Assembly (NCBI GenBank): GCA_963843575.1
Contig: CAWJKZ010000014.1
Location: 832,001 to 896,000, forward strand
Origin: an uncultured Acidobacteriota bacterium
GTDB taxonomy: Bacteria > Acidobacteriota > UBA6911
Length of the DNA: 64,000 bases
Direction of reading: 5' to 3'
Numbering within the stretch: position 1 is the first letter of the stretch; the number at the start of each line of letters is the position of its first letter. The position numbers and the translations under genes are program-made. The notes under the pieces are model-generated. The model worked only from the letters and a program-made list of their open reading frames with translations. It did no database searches and was not told where the DNA came from. Below are positions 28,041-39,126 of this stretch, piece after piece.

Positions 28041-28886
28041 ATGCGACAGCACTGGAAACGCGCGGTGGCCTGGACGAGGAGACACTGGCCGCTGGCCGTT
28101 GCCCTGGCCTGCCTCGGGATATCGATCATGACACCGGGATGCCTGGAACGCATGTTCGTCTATTTTCCCTCGAGGACGGTCGAGACGAATCCCTCCGTCA
28201 TAGGTCTCCGGTACACCGAGCTGTCGCTGACCACCGAGGACGGCATTCGTCTGCATGGCTGGTTCGTGCCGCACGAGTCGGCGCTCTGCACGTTTGTGGC
28301 CTTCCACGGCAACGCCGGCAACATCGGTCACCGGCTGCCCTGGATCGAGTTGCTCCATCGCGTGCCCGGGCACGTCTTGCTGATCGATTACCGCGGCTAC
28401 GGCAGAAGCGAAGGGCGACCGCGCGAAGACGGGCTCTATTCGGACGCGACCGCGGCGTTCCGCTGGTGCGCCGACCACCCGCCGTCGGGACCCAAAGGGG
28501 TAGTGCTCATCGGGGAGTCGATCGGCGGCGCCGTCGCGGTGGATCTGGCCCGCCGCGTGCCGGTCGCCGGGTTGATCCTGCAATCCACGTTTACCTCCGC
28601 GTGGGAAATGGCAAAGACGATGTTGCCCGTGGGACTACTGCAGCCGCTGTCGCGCATCCGCTTCGATTCGGCGGCCAAACTCCGCCTCATTCGTTGTCCG
28701 ACGCTCGTCATACACGGCGACCGAGACGAAATCGTGCCTTTCCGGATGGGGCAGGAACTGTTCGAGATCGCGCCCGGGCCTAAACAATTCTACCGGGTGC
28801 CCGGCGCGGGTCACAACGACTTGCTCTGGGTCGCGGGCAGCGAGTACACGGCCCGGGTGCGCGATTTTATCGACCGCCTGCCATAG
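28041..28886 (+). CDS. Alpha/beta hydrolase (BEM46/ABHD13-like)
   Basis: FHGNAGNI, DYRGYG.SEG, GESIGG nucleophile elbow, HGDRDEIVP, AGHND. Confidence 0.9.
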   Translation: MRQHWKRAVAWTRRHWPLAVALACLGISIMTPGCLERMFVYFPSRTVETNPSVIGLRYTELSLTTEDGIRLHGWFVPHESALCTFVAFHGNAGNIGHRLPWIELLHRVPGHVLLIDYRGYGRSEGRPREDGLYSDATAAFRWCADHPPSGPKGVVLIGESIGGAVAVDLARRVPVAGLILQSTFTSAWEMAKTMLPVGLLQPLSRIRFDSAAKLRLIRCPTLVIHGDRDEIVPFRMGQELFEIAPGPKQFYRVPGAGHNDLLWVAGSEYTARVRDFIDRLP

Positions 28887-28963
28887 GACATTTAAAGTGC
28901 GGCGGCGGCGGCTCGACCCGGACCGGATTCATATCCTGGCACAAGGAACGCGGAAAAACACTC

Positions 28964-29033
28964 GCCACGGAAGGCACGGAAGAACACGGAAAACTCAGAT
29001 TTGAAATTCCGCGGTTTCCGTGCTTTCCGTGGC
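28964..29033. repeat. Palindrome of three CACGGAA units mirrored by three TTCCG(T/C)G units
   Basis: GCCACGGAA GGCACGGAA GAACACGGAA - AT-rich loop - TTCCGCGGT TTCCGTGCT TTCCGTGGC, between convergent genes. Confidence 0.75.
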
Positions 29034-29114
29034 AGGTTGTTGCGGTTGTGTTTGAGTGGCGCACACAAACCAAGACTCGCCACCGGGGACGCGGAAGAAC
29101 ACTCGGTCCGGCGG

Positions 29115-30998
29115 CTACAGGAGCTTCTCCAACTCGTCCAGCAACTGACCGAAAAGGTCCATGGTGTCCTGGATCGGCTTGGGCGAAATCATGTCGACGC
29201 CGGCCTTTTTCAGGATCTCGATCGGGTAGTTGCTGCTCCCGGCCTTGAGGAAGCCGAGAAAGTCGCGGAGCCTGACCGCATCGCCGCCCAGGATGCCTTT
29301 GCCTAGCGCCACCGCGGCGCTGTAGCTGGTAGCGTACTTGTACACGTAGAACCCGCGGTAGAAGTGCGGCACCCTCAGCCAGTAGCCGCCGACCTCGTCG
29401 TCGTAGGAAAACGCCGGGCCGAAGTATTTCACGACCAGGTCGCGGTAAATCCCGCTCATGCTCTCGTAGGTCAGGGGCGCACCCTTTTCAGCCTCCGCAT
29501 GCAGCAGCTTCTCGTACTCGGCCCACATCGTCTGATTAATCACGGTGCCGCGAATGCTCTCCAGCGCCGTGTTTACCAGGAACAATCTCTCGGCGTCGTT
29601 CTGCGCGTGTTTGCGCAGGTAGTCGTTCAGAACGACCTCGTTGCTGGTCGAGGCCACCTCGGCCAGAAAGATGGGGTAGTCGCCATAGACCGGCGGCTGG
29701 TTGTGCTGCGAAAACCAGCTGTGCATCGAGTGGCCCATCTCGTGTGCCGTCGTGAACATGGCGTCGTAGGTATCGTTGTAATTCATCAGGATGTAGGGGT
29801 GAGCCAGGTAGGTTCCCGAACTGTAGGCGCCGCTTCTCTTCCCTTCGGTCTCGTACACGTCGATCCAGCGGTCCCGGAAAGCGGCGGCCATCGGGTCGAG
29901 GTATTCCTTCCCCAGCGGCGCCAGCCCCTGGGTGATCGTCCTGACCGCGTCGTCGTAACTTATCCGCGGCGCTTCCCCCTCGATCAGCGGAACGAAGGTA
30001 TCCCAGAGGTGCACCTTATCGATGCCCAGTTTCCTGCGGCGAATCTCCATGTAACGGTGCAGCAACGGGAGATTGGCGTGGACGGTCGAGATCAGGTTGT
30101 CGTAGACCCGAACCGGGATGTTGTCGGGGGCCAGCGCCGCCTCAAGGGCGCTGCCGTAGCGGCGCGCGCGCGCTTCGAACACGTCCCCCTGAATCGATCC
30201 GGCCAGCGTCGCCGACATGGTGTTCTTGTAGGCGAGGTAGGCCTCCAGGGTCTTCCGGAAGGCCCGTTCCCGCACGGCCCGGTCCGGGGAGCGCATGAAG
30301 TAGGCATAGCGCCCCTCGCTGAGCTGGACGTCGATGCCCTTCTCGTCCTTGATGGAGGGGAATTTCATGTCGGCGTTCGAGAGCATCGAGTACGCCTCGC
30401 GCGGCGCGGCGGCGATCTTGCCCGTCATGGCCATCAACTCTTCCTCGCGCGCGCTGAGGACGTGCTCTTTCTGGCGCAGCAGGTTCCGGAAATAATGGGA
30501 GTAGACGGCCAACTCCGGAGTCGTCCCGCACCACTCGAGCAGCCGGCCTTCGGGCAGGGCGAGCACCTCGGGCTGAAACCACGAGGTGGCCTCGCCGAAC
30601 CGGACCCCGAGGTTCATCACCCTGTCGTACATGGCCTGAGGCGCCGGCTGGCGTGTGTCCTGGTCCTTGAGCTGGGAGGCATAAGCGCCCACCCGCGAGA
30701 CTCTCGAGGACACGTCGTCGGAGAGTTTCAGAAACTTCACCAGCGCGCCGGGCGACGATGTGACCGTGCCCTTCATGCCGGGCAGCGCATCGACCCCTTT
30801 CTCGCACGTCTTGAAATCGGCCTCCCAGGCGGCCTCACCGGGGTACAGCGCACTCAGGTCCCACGTGTACTTCGGATCGATTTCGGAGCGGGACGGGATC
30901 CTGCCCTGTACCTGCTCCTCGCCTGCCGACCGCATAGGATGCACTCCCAGAATCGCCGCCAGAACGCCTGCGCTCACGTATCTCCAGAACACGCACAT
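29115..30998 (-). CDS. pepF: Oligoendopeptidase F (M3B) with N-terminal signal-like extension
   Basis: KYTWDLSALY, RWIDVYE..GKRSGAYS, HPYILMNY, AHEMGHSMHS (HExxH), AEVAS, PHFY..FYVYKYAT. Confidence 0.92.
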   Translation of the reverse strand: MCVFWRYVSAGVLAAILGVHPMRSAGEEQVQGRIPSRSEIDPKYTWDLSALYPGEAAWEADFKTCEKGVDALPGMKGTVTSSPGALVKFLKLSDDVSSRVSRVGAYASQLKDQDTRQPAPQAMYDRVMNLGVRFGEATSWFQPEVLALPEGRLLEWCGTTPELAVYSHYFRNLLRQKEHVLSAREEELMAMTGKIAAAPREAYSMLSNADMKFPSIKDEKGIDVQLSEGRYAYFMRSPDRAVRERAFRKTLEAYLAYKNTMSATLAGSIQGDVFEARARRYGSALEAALAPDNIPVRVYDNLISTVHANLPLLHRYMEIRRRKLGIDKVHLWDTFVPLIEGEAPRISYDDAVRTITQGLAPLGKEYLDPMAAAFRDRWIDVYETEGKRSGAYSSGTYLAHPYILMNYNDTYDAMFTTAHEMGHSMHSWFSQHNQPPVYGDYPIFLAEVASTSNEVVLNDYLRKHAQNDAERLFLVNTALESIRGTVINQTMWAEYEKLLHAEAEKGAPLTYESMSGIYRDLVVKYFGPAFSYDDEVGGYWLRVPHFYRGFYVYKYATSYSAAVALGKGILGGDAVRLRDFLGFLKAGSSNYPIEILKKAGVDMISPKPIQDTMDLFGQLLDELEKLL

Positions 30999-31026
30999 GC
31001 CGACCTCCAGAAAGTCCGTCCGCACT

Positions 31027-34000
31027 TCATCCGCCGGTGCCCACGGGCGCCGCGCTTTGCGCCGGATCATACGCGAGATTGGGCGAGAGCCAGCGCTCGA
31101 CGACCTGCAGAGGCACCCCTTTGCGCCGCTGGTAGTCGAGGACCTGGTCCCGCCCGATCTTGCCGACGGCAAAATACCGCGCCTGCGGATGAGCGAGGTA
31201 AAAACCGCACACGGAGCTCGCCGGCCACATGGCGAAATTCTCGGTCAGCCGGATGCCGGTCTGGTCCTCGGCCCGAATCAGGTCGAACACGAGCTGTTTC
31301 TCGCTGTGATCGGGGCAGGCGGGATAGCCGGGCGCCGGCCGTATGCCGCGGTAGCGCTCGTGCAACAGGTCCTCGGCCGAGAGATTCTCGCCGGCGCCGT
31401 AGCCCCAGTCCGACCGCGCGGTCTGGTGGAGGGCCTCGGCAAACGCCTCGGCCAGGCGGTCCGCCAGGGCCTTGGTCAGAATCGAACTGTAATCGTCGTG
31501 GTCGCGCTCGAACCGTGCGCACAACTCCCGCTCGCCGATCCCCGCGGTGACCGCGAAGCAGCCGATGAAATCGGGCACGCACGTCGCTCGGGGCGCCACG
31601 AAGTCAGCCAGGGCCAGGTCCGGCTGGCCGTCCGGCTTTTCGACCTGCTGCCTCAGGGTGTGAAAAACGGTGCGCACCAGCGCGCGGGCATCGTCGGTGA
31701 AGACGTGGATGTCGTCCCCGACGCTGTTGGCCGGGAAGAATCCGTAGACGCCCCGGGCGGTCAGCAACCGTTCGCCCACAATTCGCTCCAGCAGGGCACG
31801 AGCGTCCTGGAACAGCTCCCGGGCGCGTGGTCCAGTCGCGGGGTCGTCCAGGAGCTGCGGGTATCTCCCGCGGAGCTCCCACGCGTGAAAGAAGGGCGAC
31901 CAGTCGATGTAGGGGACGAGCCGCTCAAGGGGAAAATCGTCGAGGGCGCGGGTCCCCGTAAAGGCCGGGACCGCGATGTCCTCGGGCCGCCACTCCAGGC
32001 GCGGGGAGCGCGCCCGCGCCTCCGCGATCGGGATCAGCGCACGCTGCGGCGATCGTCCCTTGTGTTGCGCACGCGCTTCCTCCTGCGCCTTCCGGTTCTC
32101 CTCGACGAACGCGCCGCGCAGCGCATCGCCGAACAGGCTCCCGACAACCCCCACGGCACGGGAGGCGTCGGGGACGTGGACCACCGGGCCGTGATAGGCG
32201 GGGGCGATCTTCACGGCGGTGTGCACCCGGCTCGTCGTGGCCCCGCCGATGAGCAGCGGCAGCTCAAAACCGCAGCGTTCCATTTCACGCGCCACGTGCA
32301 CCATCTCGTCGAGCGACGGCGTGATCAGGCCGCTCAATCCGATGGCGTCGGCGCGCTGCTCGCGGGCCGTCTTCAGGATCTTGTCGCAGGGCACCATGAC
32401 GCCGAGGTCGATCACCTCGTAGTTGTTGCAGCCGAGCACGACCCCCACGATGTTCTTCCCTATGTCGTGAACGTCCCCCTTGACCGTGGCCAGGACGATT
32501 CGACCGGAGCTCTTGTAGGATCCGGACGCGTGCTTCTCGCTCTCCATGAACGGCAGCAGGAAAGCGACCGCCTTCTTCATCACCCGCGCGCTCTTGACGA
32601 CCTGGGGGAGGAACATCTTCCCCGCGCCGAACAGGTCGCCCACGACGTTCATCCCGCTCATCAGCGGGCCCTCGATCACGGCGAGCGGCCTGCCGTACTT
32701 CACCCTGGCCTCCTCCACATCCGCCTCGATGTGGTCGGTAATGCCTTTGACCAGGGCGTGGCTGAGGCGTTCCTCCACTGGAGCCGCGCGCCAGGCGTCT
32801 TCGGCCACCAGCGGCTTCCCGCCGGACTTGAAAGACTCGGCGAACTTAACCAGGCGCTCCGTGGCGTCGGGCCGCCGGTTCAGCAGCACGTCCTCGACGT
32901 GTTCCCGCAGGTCGGGCGGGATCTCCTCGTAGACGGCCAGCTGTCCGGCGTTCACGATCCCCATATCCATCCCGGCGCGGATGGCGTGGTACAGGAACGC
33001 CGCATGCATCGCCTCGCGGACCGGGTTGTTGCCGCGAAACGCAAAGGATACGTTGCTGACCCCGCCGCTCACCTTGCACAGGGTGAGCGATTGCTTGATC
33101 CGGCGCGTGGCCTCGAAAAAGCTCACCGCGTAGTCGTTGTGCTCCTCGATGCCGGTCCCGACCGTCAGGACGTTCGGATCGAAGATGATGTCCTGCGGGG
33201 GAAATCCCACGTCGCGGGTCAGGATCGTGTAGGCCCGGGCGCAGACCTCGACGCGGCGGTCCGTGGTCGCCGCCTGGCCCGCCTCGTCGAACGCCATCAC
33301 GACCACGGCCGCCCCGTAGCGCCGGGCCAGCCGCGCATGCCCGCGAAAGACCTCCTCCCCTTCCTTGAGGCTCAGGGAGTTGATGACCGGCTTGCCCTGC
33401 AGGCACTTCAGCCCCGCCTCGATGACTTCCCACTTCGAGCTGTCGATCATGACCGGGACACGGGCGATGTCGGGCTCCGAAGAGACGAGGTTCAGGAACC
33501 GGACCATCGCCTCCTTCGAATCGAGCATCCCCTCGTCCATGTTGACGTCGATAATCTGCGCCCCTCCCTCCACCTGCTGCCGTGCCACCGCCAGCGCCTC
33601 TTCGAACTGGCCGGCGAGGATCAGCTTCGCGAACTTCGGCGAGCCGGTCACGTTCGTGCGCTCGCCGACATTGACGAAGTTCGCATCCGGTCTGAGGTTC
33701 AGCGCCTCCAGCCCTGCCAGTCGCGTGTAGGGTTCGGGCCGGGCGGGAACCCGCGGGGCGAACGGGGCCACAGCCTCCGCGATCGCGCTGACGTGTTCGG
33801 GGGTCGTGCCGCAGCAGCCACCCACCACGTTCAGCCAGCCGGCTTCCGCGAACCCCGCCAGGATCGAGGCCATCTCCCCTGGAGACTGGTCGTACTCGCC
33901 GAACGCGTTCGGCAGGCCGGCATTCGGATAGCAGCTGACGTAAACGGGGACCAGGCCGGACAATTCTTCGATGTAGGGCCTCATCTCCCGCGCCCCGAGG

Positions 34001-34749
34001 GCACAATTCACCCCCACGCTCACCGGGCTGGCGTGCGAAACCGAGTTCCAGAACGCTTCCGGGGTCTGCCCCGAGAGGGTCCGGCCACTGGCGTCCGTTA
34101 TGGTCACCGAGATCATTACGGGAAGCCGGCAGCCGGTCTCGTCGAAACAAGACTCGATGGCGAACAGGGCTGCTTTTGCATTGAGCGTGTCGAATATGGT
34201 CTCGACCAGCAACAGGTCGACGCCCTCCTCGACAAGCCCCCTGACCTGGTCCAGGTAGGCAGCCGCGAGCTGGTCGAACGTCACGGACCGGTAGGCGGGA
34301 TTGTTCACGTCGGGAGACATCGACGCGGTCTTGTTTGTGGGGCCCAGCGCCCCAGCGACAAACCGGGGCCGGCCGCCGTCGAGCGCCATCTGCCTGTCGG
34401 CGGCGCGGCGCGCCAGACGCGCGGCTGCGGCGTTGATCTCCCGGGCGAGGTGCTCCATTCGGTAGTCCGCGAGCGAGATCGCGTTGGCGTTGAAGGTGTT
34501 CGTCTCGATAACATCCGCACCTGCCCGGAGGTACTGCACGTGGATGTCCTCGATGACCGCGGGCTGCGTCAGCGACAGCAGATCGTTGTTCCCCGACAGG
34601 TCGCAGCCGTGGTCCAGGAACCGGGCGCCGCGATAGTCCGACTCCGCGAGGCGGCAGCGCTGGATCATCGTCCCCATCGCCCCGTCGAGCACGAGGATCC
34701 TCTTCCTCAACGAGTTTTCGAATACTGCGGCGCTCTCGGTTCTCAACAA
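31027..34749 (-). CDS. metH: B12-dependent methionine synthase
   Basis: [44 protein letters not shown] (B12 His), [20 protein letters not shown]; 1240 aa, TTG start. Confidence 0.97.
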   Translation of the reverse strand: MLRTESAAVFENSLRKRILVLDGAMGTMIQRCRLAESDYRGARFLDHGCDLSGNNDLLSLTQPAVIEDIHVQYLRAGADVIETNTFNANAISLADYRMEHLAREINAAAARLARRAADRQMALDGGRPRFVAGALGPTNKTASMSPDVNNPAYRSVTFDQLAAAYLDQVRGLVEEGVDLLLVETIFDTLNAKAALFAIESCFDETGCRLPVMISVTITDASGRTLSGQTPEAFWNSVSHASPVSVGVNCALGAREMRPYIEELSGLVPVYVSCYPNAGLPNAFGEYDQSPGEMASILAGFAEAGWLNVVGGCCGTTPEHVSAIAEAVAPFAPRVPARPEPYTRLAGLEALNLRPDANFVNVGERTNVTGSPKFAKLILAGQFEEALAVARQQVEGGAQIIDVNMDEGMLDSKEAMVRFLNLVSSEPDIARVPVMIDSSKWEVIEAGLKCLQGKPVINSLSLKEGEEVFRGHARLARRYGAAVVVMAFDEAGQAATTDRRVEVCARAYTILTRDVGFPPQDIIFDPNVLTVGTGIEEHNDYAVSFFEATRRIKQSLTLCKVSGGVSNVSFAFRGNNPVREAMHAAFLYHAIRAGMDMGIVNAGQLAVYEEIPPDLREHVEDVLLNRRPDATERLVKFAESFKSGGKPLVAEDAWRAAPVEERLSHALVKGITDHIEADVEEARVKYGRPLAVIEGPLMSGMNVVGDLFGAGKMFLPQVVKSARVMKKAVAFLLPFMESEKHASGSYKSSGRIVLATVKGDVHDIGKNIVGVVLGCNNYEVIDLGVMVPCDKILKTAREQRADAIGLSGLITPSLDEMVHVAREMERCGFELPLLIGGATTSRVHTAVKIAPAYHGPVVHVPDASRAVGVVGSLFGDALRGAFVEENRKAQEEARAQHKGRSPQRALIPIAEARARSPRLEWRPEDIAVPAFTGTRALDDFPLERLVPYIDWSPFFHAWELRGRYPQLLDDPATGPRARELFQDARALLERIVGERLLTARGVYGFFPANSVGDDIHVFTDDARALVRTVFHTLRQQVEKPDGQPDLALADFVAPRATCVPDFIGCFAVTAGIGERELCARFERDHDDYSSILTKALADRLAEAFAEALHQTARSDWGYGAGENLSAEDLLHERYRGIRPAPGYPACPDHSEKQLVFDLIRAEDQTGIRLTENFAMWPASSVCGFYLAHPQARYFAVGKIGRDQVLDYQRRKGVPLQVVERWLSPNLAYDPAQSAAPVGTGG

Positions 34750-34834
34750 TTTCCCCCGATGGCTGACATCCCGACTATAGTCAGGAGATTATCGGCTTTC
34801 CCCGACGGATTCAAATTCGTCTTTGGGATTGTCT

Positions 34835-35203
34835 TCAGGCCTCGAACGAACCGGGCGCTCGGCCGATCGCCGGCGGTTCCGCCAGGCCCCCGGGGAGGCA
34901 CTGCGGACATGGACAAATAGCGCGCAGGTAGTCAAAGGTGTAGATCCCGGTCGTGTGCCGGTCGCTCCAGCCAAAGTGCAGCGCGTAGTTTCCCACCGGA
35001 TCGATGCTCACCCTCTCGAGGGACGAGGGGATGCTTCCGGGTTCGACGCGCCGGACCCCGCTGAATTCCTCGACGCAGAGGGCGCAGGGGCACTTCTCCC
35101 GCAGGTACCAGGACGGGTAGGAGCTGACATGCCCGTCGCTCCAGAAAACGTCGGTCCGGGCCGGGCTGACCCGCTTCACCAGTTTGGGCATCAGATAAGG
35201 CAC
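34835..35203 (-). CDS. DUF971 (GBBH-like N-terminal) domain protein
   Basis: WSDGH.S.Y...YLREKCPCALC, VGNYAL.F.WSD.H.TGIYTFDYLR. Confidence 0.85.
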   Translation of the reverse strand: MPYLMPKLVKRVSPARTDVFWSDGHVSSYPSWYLREKCPCALCVEEFSGVRRVEPGSIPSSLERVSIDPVGNYALHFGWSDRHTTGIYTFDYLRAICPCPQCLPGGLAEPPAIGRAPGSFEA

Positions 35204-35211
35204 GGTATCTC

Positions 35212-35330
35212 CATGGAATTGACGGGTTCGCGCAGATCGGCCGCGCCCGGCATTCCGCCACGAGGACTGCCTCGGGCACGGCCTGTTACCAATGTCTGTA
35301 TCTTTGATCTGCGTTGATCCGCGGCCAAAT
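35212..35330. repeat. Degenerate CGCGGAT/CGCAGAT-family palindromic repeat, copy 3
   Basis: CGCAGAT...ATCTGCG..GATCCGCGG arms; GGCCGCG.CCGGCATTCCGC shared with 40169-40188; CGGCCTGTTACCAA is the reverse complement of 17029-17042. Confidence 0.6.
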
Positions 35331-35485
35331 GAAACCGACTATTAAGGATACCACTAGCACCATGCGAGTGCGCCGCGTTGGGCACGGCGTCCGGGCGCCA
35401 CCGCAACTTCGGGCTTGCAGGATGGACGCTGGCGGGGCGCCGGGGTGCCGCACTCGGTAACCTGATTGTGTATACTGCTAGGGTC

Positions 35486-37464
35486 ATGAAAAAAGCCGCG
35501 ACAGCACTCTTCCTCCTTCTGGCTGCCTGCGTGTCACCGGCCTACCCGCAGGGAGCCGCCGAAAGGCCCGTCCAGTGGACGGGCGCGGGCCCGGACAAAC
35601 CGGTTCGGCCGGGCGAGACTTTCGAAGTCCGCCTGGAGGCCGCCATCGCCGGAGCATGGCATCTGTACTCCGCCACCCAGCCGCCGGGCGGGCCCAATCC
35701 CACACGTTTCTCCCTCGTGTCGGGCGACCCGTTCAAGCTGACGGGCGCGATCCGTCAGTCGCCCCCGAAGACCCAGTTCGACGCCAACTTCGGCATCGAG
35801 ACGGAGTATTTCGCCGAGTCGGCCGATTTCCGGCTCGGAGTGACGTCGGCCGCGACGGCGCGACCCGGCGACTACACGGTGCAAGTGCAGGCGGTCTACC
35901 AGGTCTGCGACGACCAGGTGTGCCTGCCGCCCACGAAGGTTCCCGTGCCCGTAAAGGTCACGATCGCCGGCCCGCCTGCACCGGCGGCCGCTGCCGCACA
36001 GCCCGCGGCGCCGGACGTGGGCTCCGCCCCTGTTCAGCACAAGGCACCCGCCGCCTCCCGGGTCGCGCGAAACCGCGCCGACCCAGACCCCGGCGGCCGG
36101 TCCGCGTGCTCCCACTGGGACCGCGGCCGAGGTGCAGGAAGCGCGGTCCAAGCGGGTTCCTGCCGTTCCTCTGGCTTTCGATGACGATGGGGGCCCTGTC
36201 GCTGGCGACGCCTTGCGTGTTCCCGATGATCCCGATCACGGTCTCCTATTTCACCAAGAGCGCGGAATCGCACCGCGCGTCAGGGATCCGGCAGGCGCTC
36301 GTCTATTGCCTCGGGATCGTCGCGACGTTCACGGGACTGGGGCTCGGGCTGGCCGCGCTTCTGGGCGCCACCGGGATCAACCAGTTCGCCGCGAACCCCT
36401 GGCTGAACCTCTTGATCACGGCGGTGTTCCTCGGCTTCGCCCTGAACCTGTTCGGGCTGTACCAGATCGGCGTTCCATCGAGCGTGCTGACGCGACTGTC
36501 GAAGGCCGGCGGCGGCGGCGGCTACCTCCAGGCCCTGTTGATGGGACTGACCTTTACCCTGACGAGCTTCACCTGCACGGTGCCGTTTGTCGGCACCGTG
36601 CTGGTCGCCACCGCCCAGGGCGAATGGCTCTGGCCCGCGCTGGGGATGCTCGGTTTTTCCGTGGTGTTTGCCGCTCCCTTTTTCGTCCTCGCGCTGATCC
36701 CGCAAATGCTCACCAGCCTGCCCCGCAGCGGCGGCTGGCTGAATTCCGTCAAGGTGACGATGGGTTTTCTCGAGGTGGCGGCGGCGATGAAATTCATCTC
36801 GAACGTCGACCTCGTCTGGGGCTGGCGCGTCTTCACCCGGGAAGTGGTCCTGGCCGTGTGGATCGCCGTCGCGGTCCTCGCCACCGTGTACCTGCTCGGC
36901 AAGTTCCGGCTGCCCCACGACACCCCGGTGGAGAACCTCGGGGTGATGCGGATGATGTCGGCCATGGTCTTTCTGGCGCTTGGTTTCTATCTTTTAACCG
37001 GCCTGATGGGAGGGAGCCTCGGAGAACTGGACGCGTTTCTCCCTCCCCGCACCTCCGGAGGCCTGCACCTGACGGGGAGCGGCACTCCCGGCCAGGAACT
37101 CACGTGGCACACCAGGCTGGATGCGGCGCTGGCTCAGGCGCGGCAGGAGGGGAAACCCGTGTTCGTCGATTTCACCGGCTACACGTGCACGAACTGCCGC
37201 TGGATGGAAGCGAACATCTTCCCGCGGCCCGAGATCCACTCCGAACTGCAGCGCTTCGTCCGCGTGCAGCTGTACACCGACGGCACCGGCCAGGAATACG
37301 AGGACAACCAGAAGTATCAGAAGGAGACCTACGGAACGGTCGCACTGCCGCTGTATGTCATCCTCGACCCGCAGGGCGAGACGGTCGCCACGTTTCCGGG
37401 CATGACCCGGAAACCCGAGGAATTCCGCGCCTTCCTGCGCACCCACGCGGCCGGCGGCCTGTAG
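35486..37464 (+). CDS. dsbD: Thiol:disulfide interchange protein DsbD (N-terminal domain, TM domain, thioredoxin); frameshifted near 36060 and 36150
   Basis: WHLYS and YQVCDDQVCLPP in frame 1; TPCVFPMIPITVSYF, SFTCT.P, SGGWLN.VK, DFTGYTCTNCRWME in a second frame. Confidence 0.88.
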
Positions 37465-37499
37465 CACCCGGGGCTGCGCGCGTCGGAGTCGGCAGCAGG

Positions 37500-38690
37500 T
37501 CAGCGCGCCGCGAACACCGCGATCATGATCAGCACGACGACGGCCTGGGCGCGCCGGACCCGCTCGGGTGCCGGGCCTTAAGATCGTGCCAGAAGCGGGC
37601 GAGCCACAGCAGCAGGGCCACGAGCGCAACGCTCCACGCGAAACAGCCCAGGTAGCCCTTCTCCATCCCCAGGACAGGCCCGAGGTGCTTCCCCCGCATC
37701 ACCGCGAAGATGAGCCACAGGTGAACCCCGTAGACGAGCAGCGATTCCTGTCCGGCCACGCGAACCGCGTCCAGCAGCCGGGACCGGCACCCCCTGGATG
37801 CGGAAGAGCACCGCGCAGATCAGCAGCACGCAACCAATGCGCAGCGCCACGTAAAGTGGGCTGGTCGTGTAGAAGCTGACATAGCCCGGCAGCGTGAAAG
37901 GCAGGGACCGGCCCAGCAAGGCCAGGGGAATCACGGCCGCACCGACGAGCGCGACCCGACGCATGTAGCGGGCGACCGATCCGCGCGGCGACGGCCTCCA
38001 GGAAAAGACGCCCGGCGCACGCTCCCGCCAGCACGAAAGCGGTCCACGGAAAGAGCGGGAACAACGAGGTGCCGTGCGGGTTGAGAAATAGCGCGAGCGA
38101 CAGCGGCAGCCGCCGGGTGAAATCGATGCTCCACACCAGGGGTGTGGCCACAACGATGGCCGCCGCGGCGAGGCCCGCCCCCCACAAGACGCGGCGCGGC
38201 CTGCGCAGCACGAAAATGAGGAGGTGCACCAGCAGCAGGGACGCGACGATACACTGGAGTATGTCGACCTGGAGCGCTCTCCTTCCAGATACCCGGGTCG
38301 TCCGGCCGGGCGTACTTGCTCCACCGGAATCCCTGGAGGTGGCTGTAGTACGCCACGAGGACGATGAAACCGAGCCGGCGCATCTGCCGCCAGAAGGGAG
38401 GCCGGAACCGCAGCCAGTCGTCCCATTGGCGGCTGGCCAGCAGCATAACGGAGAAACCGGCGGCGAACAAGAAGGTCGGGGCGACCAGGCCGTTGACAAA
38501 CGAGAGCCAGAAGAAAACGGGGGCGTGCCTCGCCCCCGCGCCGAGGTAGGCGTTCACGACGTGGGTCTCGATCATCACCACGAGCGCGAAGCCCCGCAAC
38601 AGGTCTATGAACGCATAGCGCGTGCCCGCGCGCGTGCTCGGGGACCGCCGCACTTCGCATCGCCTTTTCCAGGGGGACTGCCGTTGCCAT
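37500..38690 (-). CDS. DUF1624 / HGSNAT-like membrane acyltransferase; several frameshifts
   Basis: RYAFIDLLRGFALVVMIETHV, APTFLF.AG, VDILQCI, FPLFPW, GQESLLVY..HL spread over four overlapping ORFs; terminal TGA at 37500-37502. Confidence 0.72.
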
Positions 38691-38753
38691 CGCCGACGCC
38701 TGCCGAGAGAGAGAGGGCGCCGGCGCGCGCCGGGCGGCGCGCCGGTCGATCCG

Positions 38754-38987
38754 TCAGGGCTTGGGAGTCAGCGGCGGCAGCTTGCGCGCTTCCACCTCGG
38801 ACTGGAACCCGATCCGGTTGTGGCTGCCGTCGCAGAACGGCTTGTTGGCCGACGCGCCGCAGCGGCAGAGGGATATGGCATCCCGTCCCGCCAGATCAAA
38901 CGCGTTGCCGCTGGCGTCCCTGATGACGAACGTCCCGGATACCCGCAGGGGGCCGTTCTTGTTGCAGGTGATGTTCACGTCACTCAT
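38754..38987 (-). CDS. CDGSH iron-sulfur domain protein
   Basis: NGPLRVSG...LCRCGASANKPFCDGSH; ATG 38987. Confidence 0.92.
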   Translation of the reverse strand: MSDVNITCNKNGPLRVSGTFVIRDASGNAFDLAGRDAISLCRCGASANKPFCDGSHNRIGFQSEVEARKLPPLTPKP

Positions 38988-39110
38988 GGTCGTCTCCGTG
39001 TGTCGCACCGATTTCTCATGGCCGAAGCGTGCGCGAGCCGCACAATCGAGGCCTGACAGTTTGAATGAGAATCGGCGGCACCGCAAGCGCCAAAAGCCCC
39101 CGGCTGCGCG

Positions 39111-39119
39111 TGCTATAAT
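39111..39119 (+). promoter_or_regulatory. Extended -10 element (TGCTATAAT), probably driving a leaderless mRNA
   Basis: Perfect TGnTATAAT ending 7 nt before ATG 39127, with no Shine-Dalgarno in between. Confidence 0.65.
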
Positions 39120-39126
39120 GCGCGCC

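Noticed and set aside
28964-29033. Short periodic repeats as a possible CRISPR array
   Set aside because: Units are 7-9 bp, inverted, and lack 30-40 bp unique spacers; no cas genes are in the window.
30760-34920. 1386-aa plus-strand ORF, and other long antisense ORFs such as 29364-31550 and 14962-16851
   Set aside because: They are antisense shadows of metH, pepF and other genes. High-GC codon bias removes stops on the opposite strand, and the translations show no recognisable motifs.
34750-35480. Possible SAM or cobalamin riboswitch upstream of metH
   Set aside because: No S-box or B12-box consensus was seen; the space is explained by DUF971 and a repeat copy.
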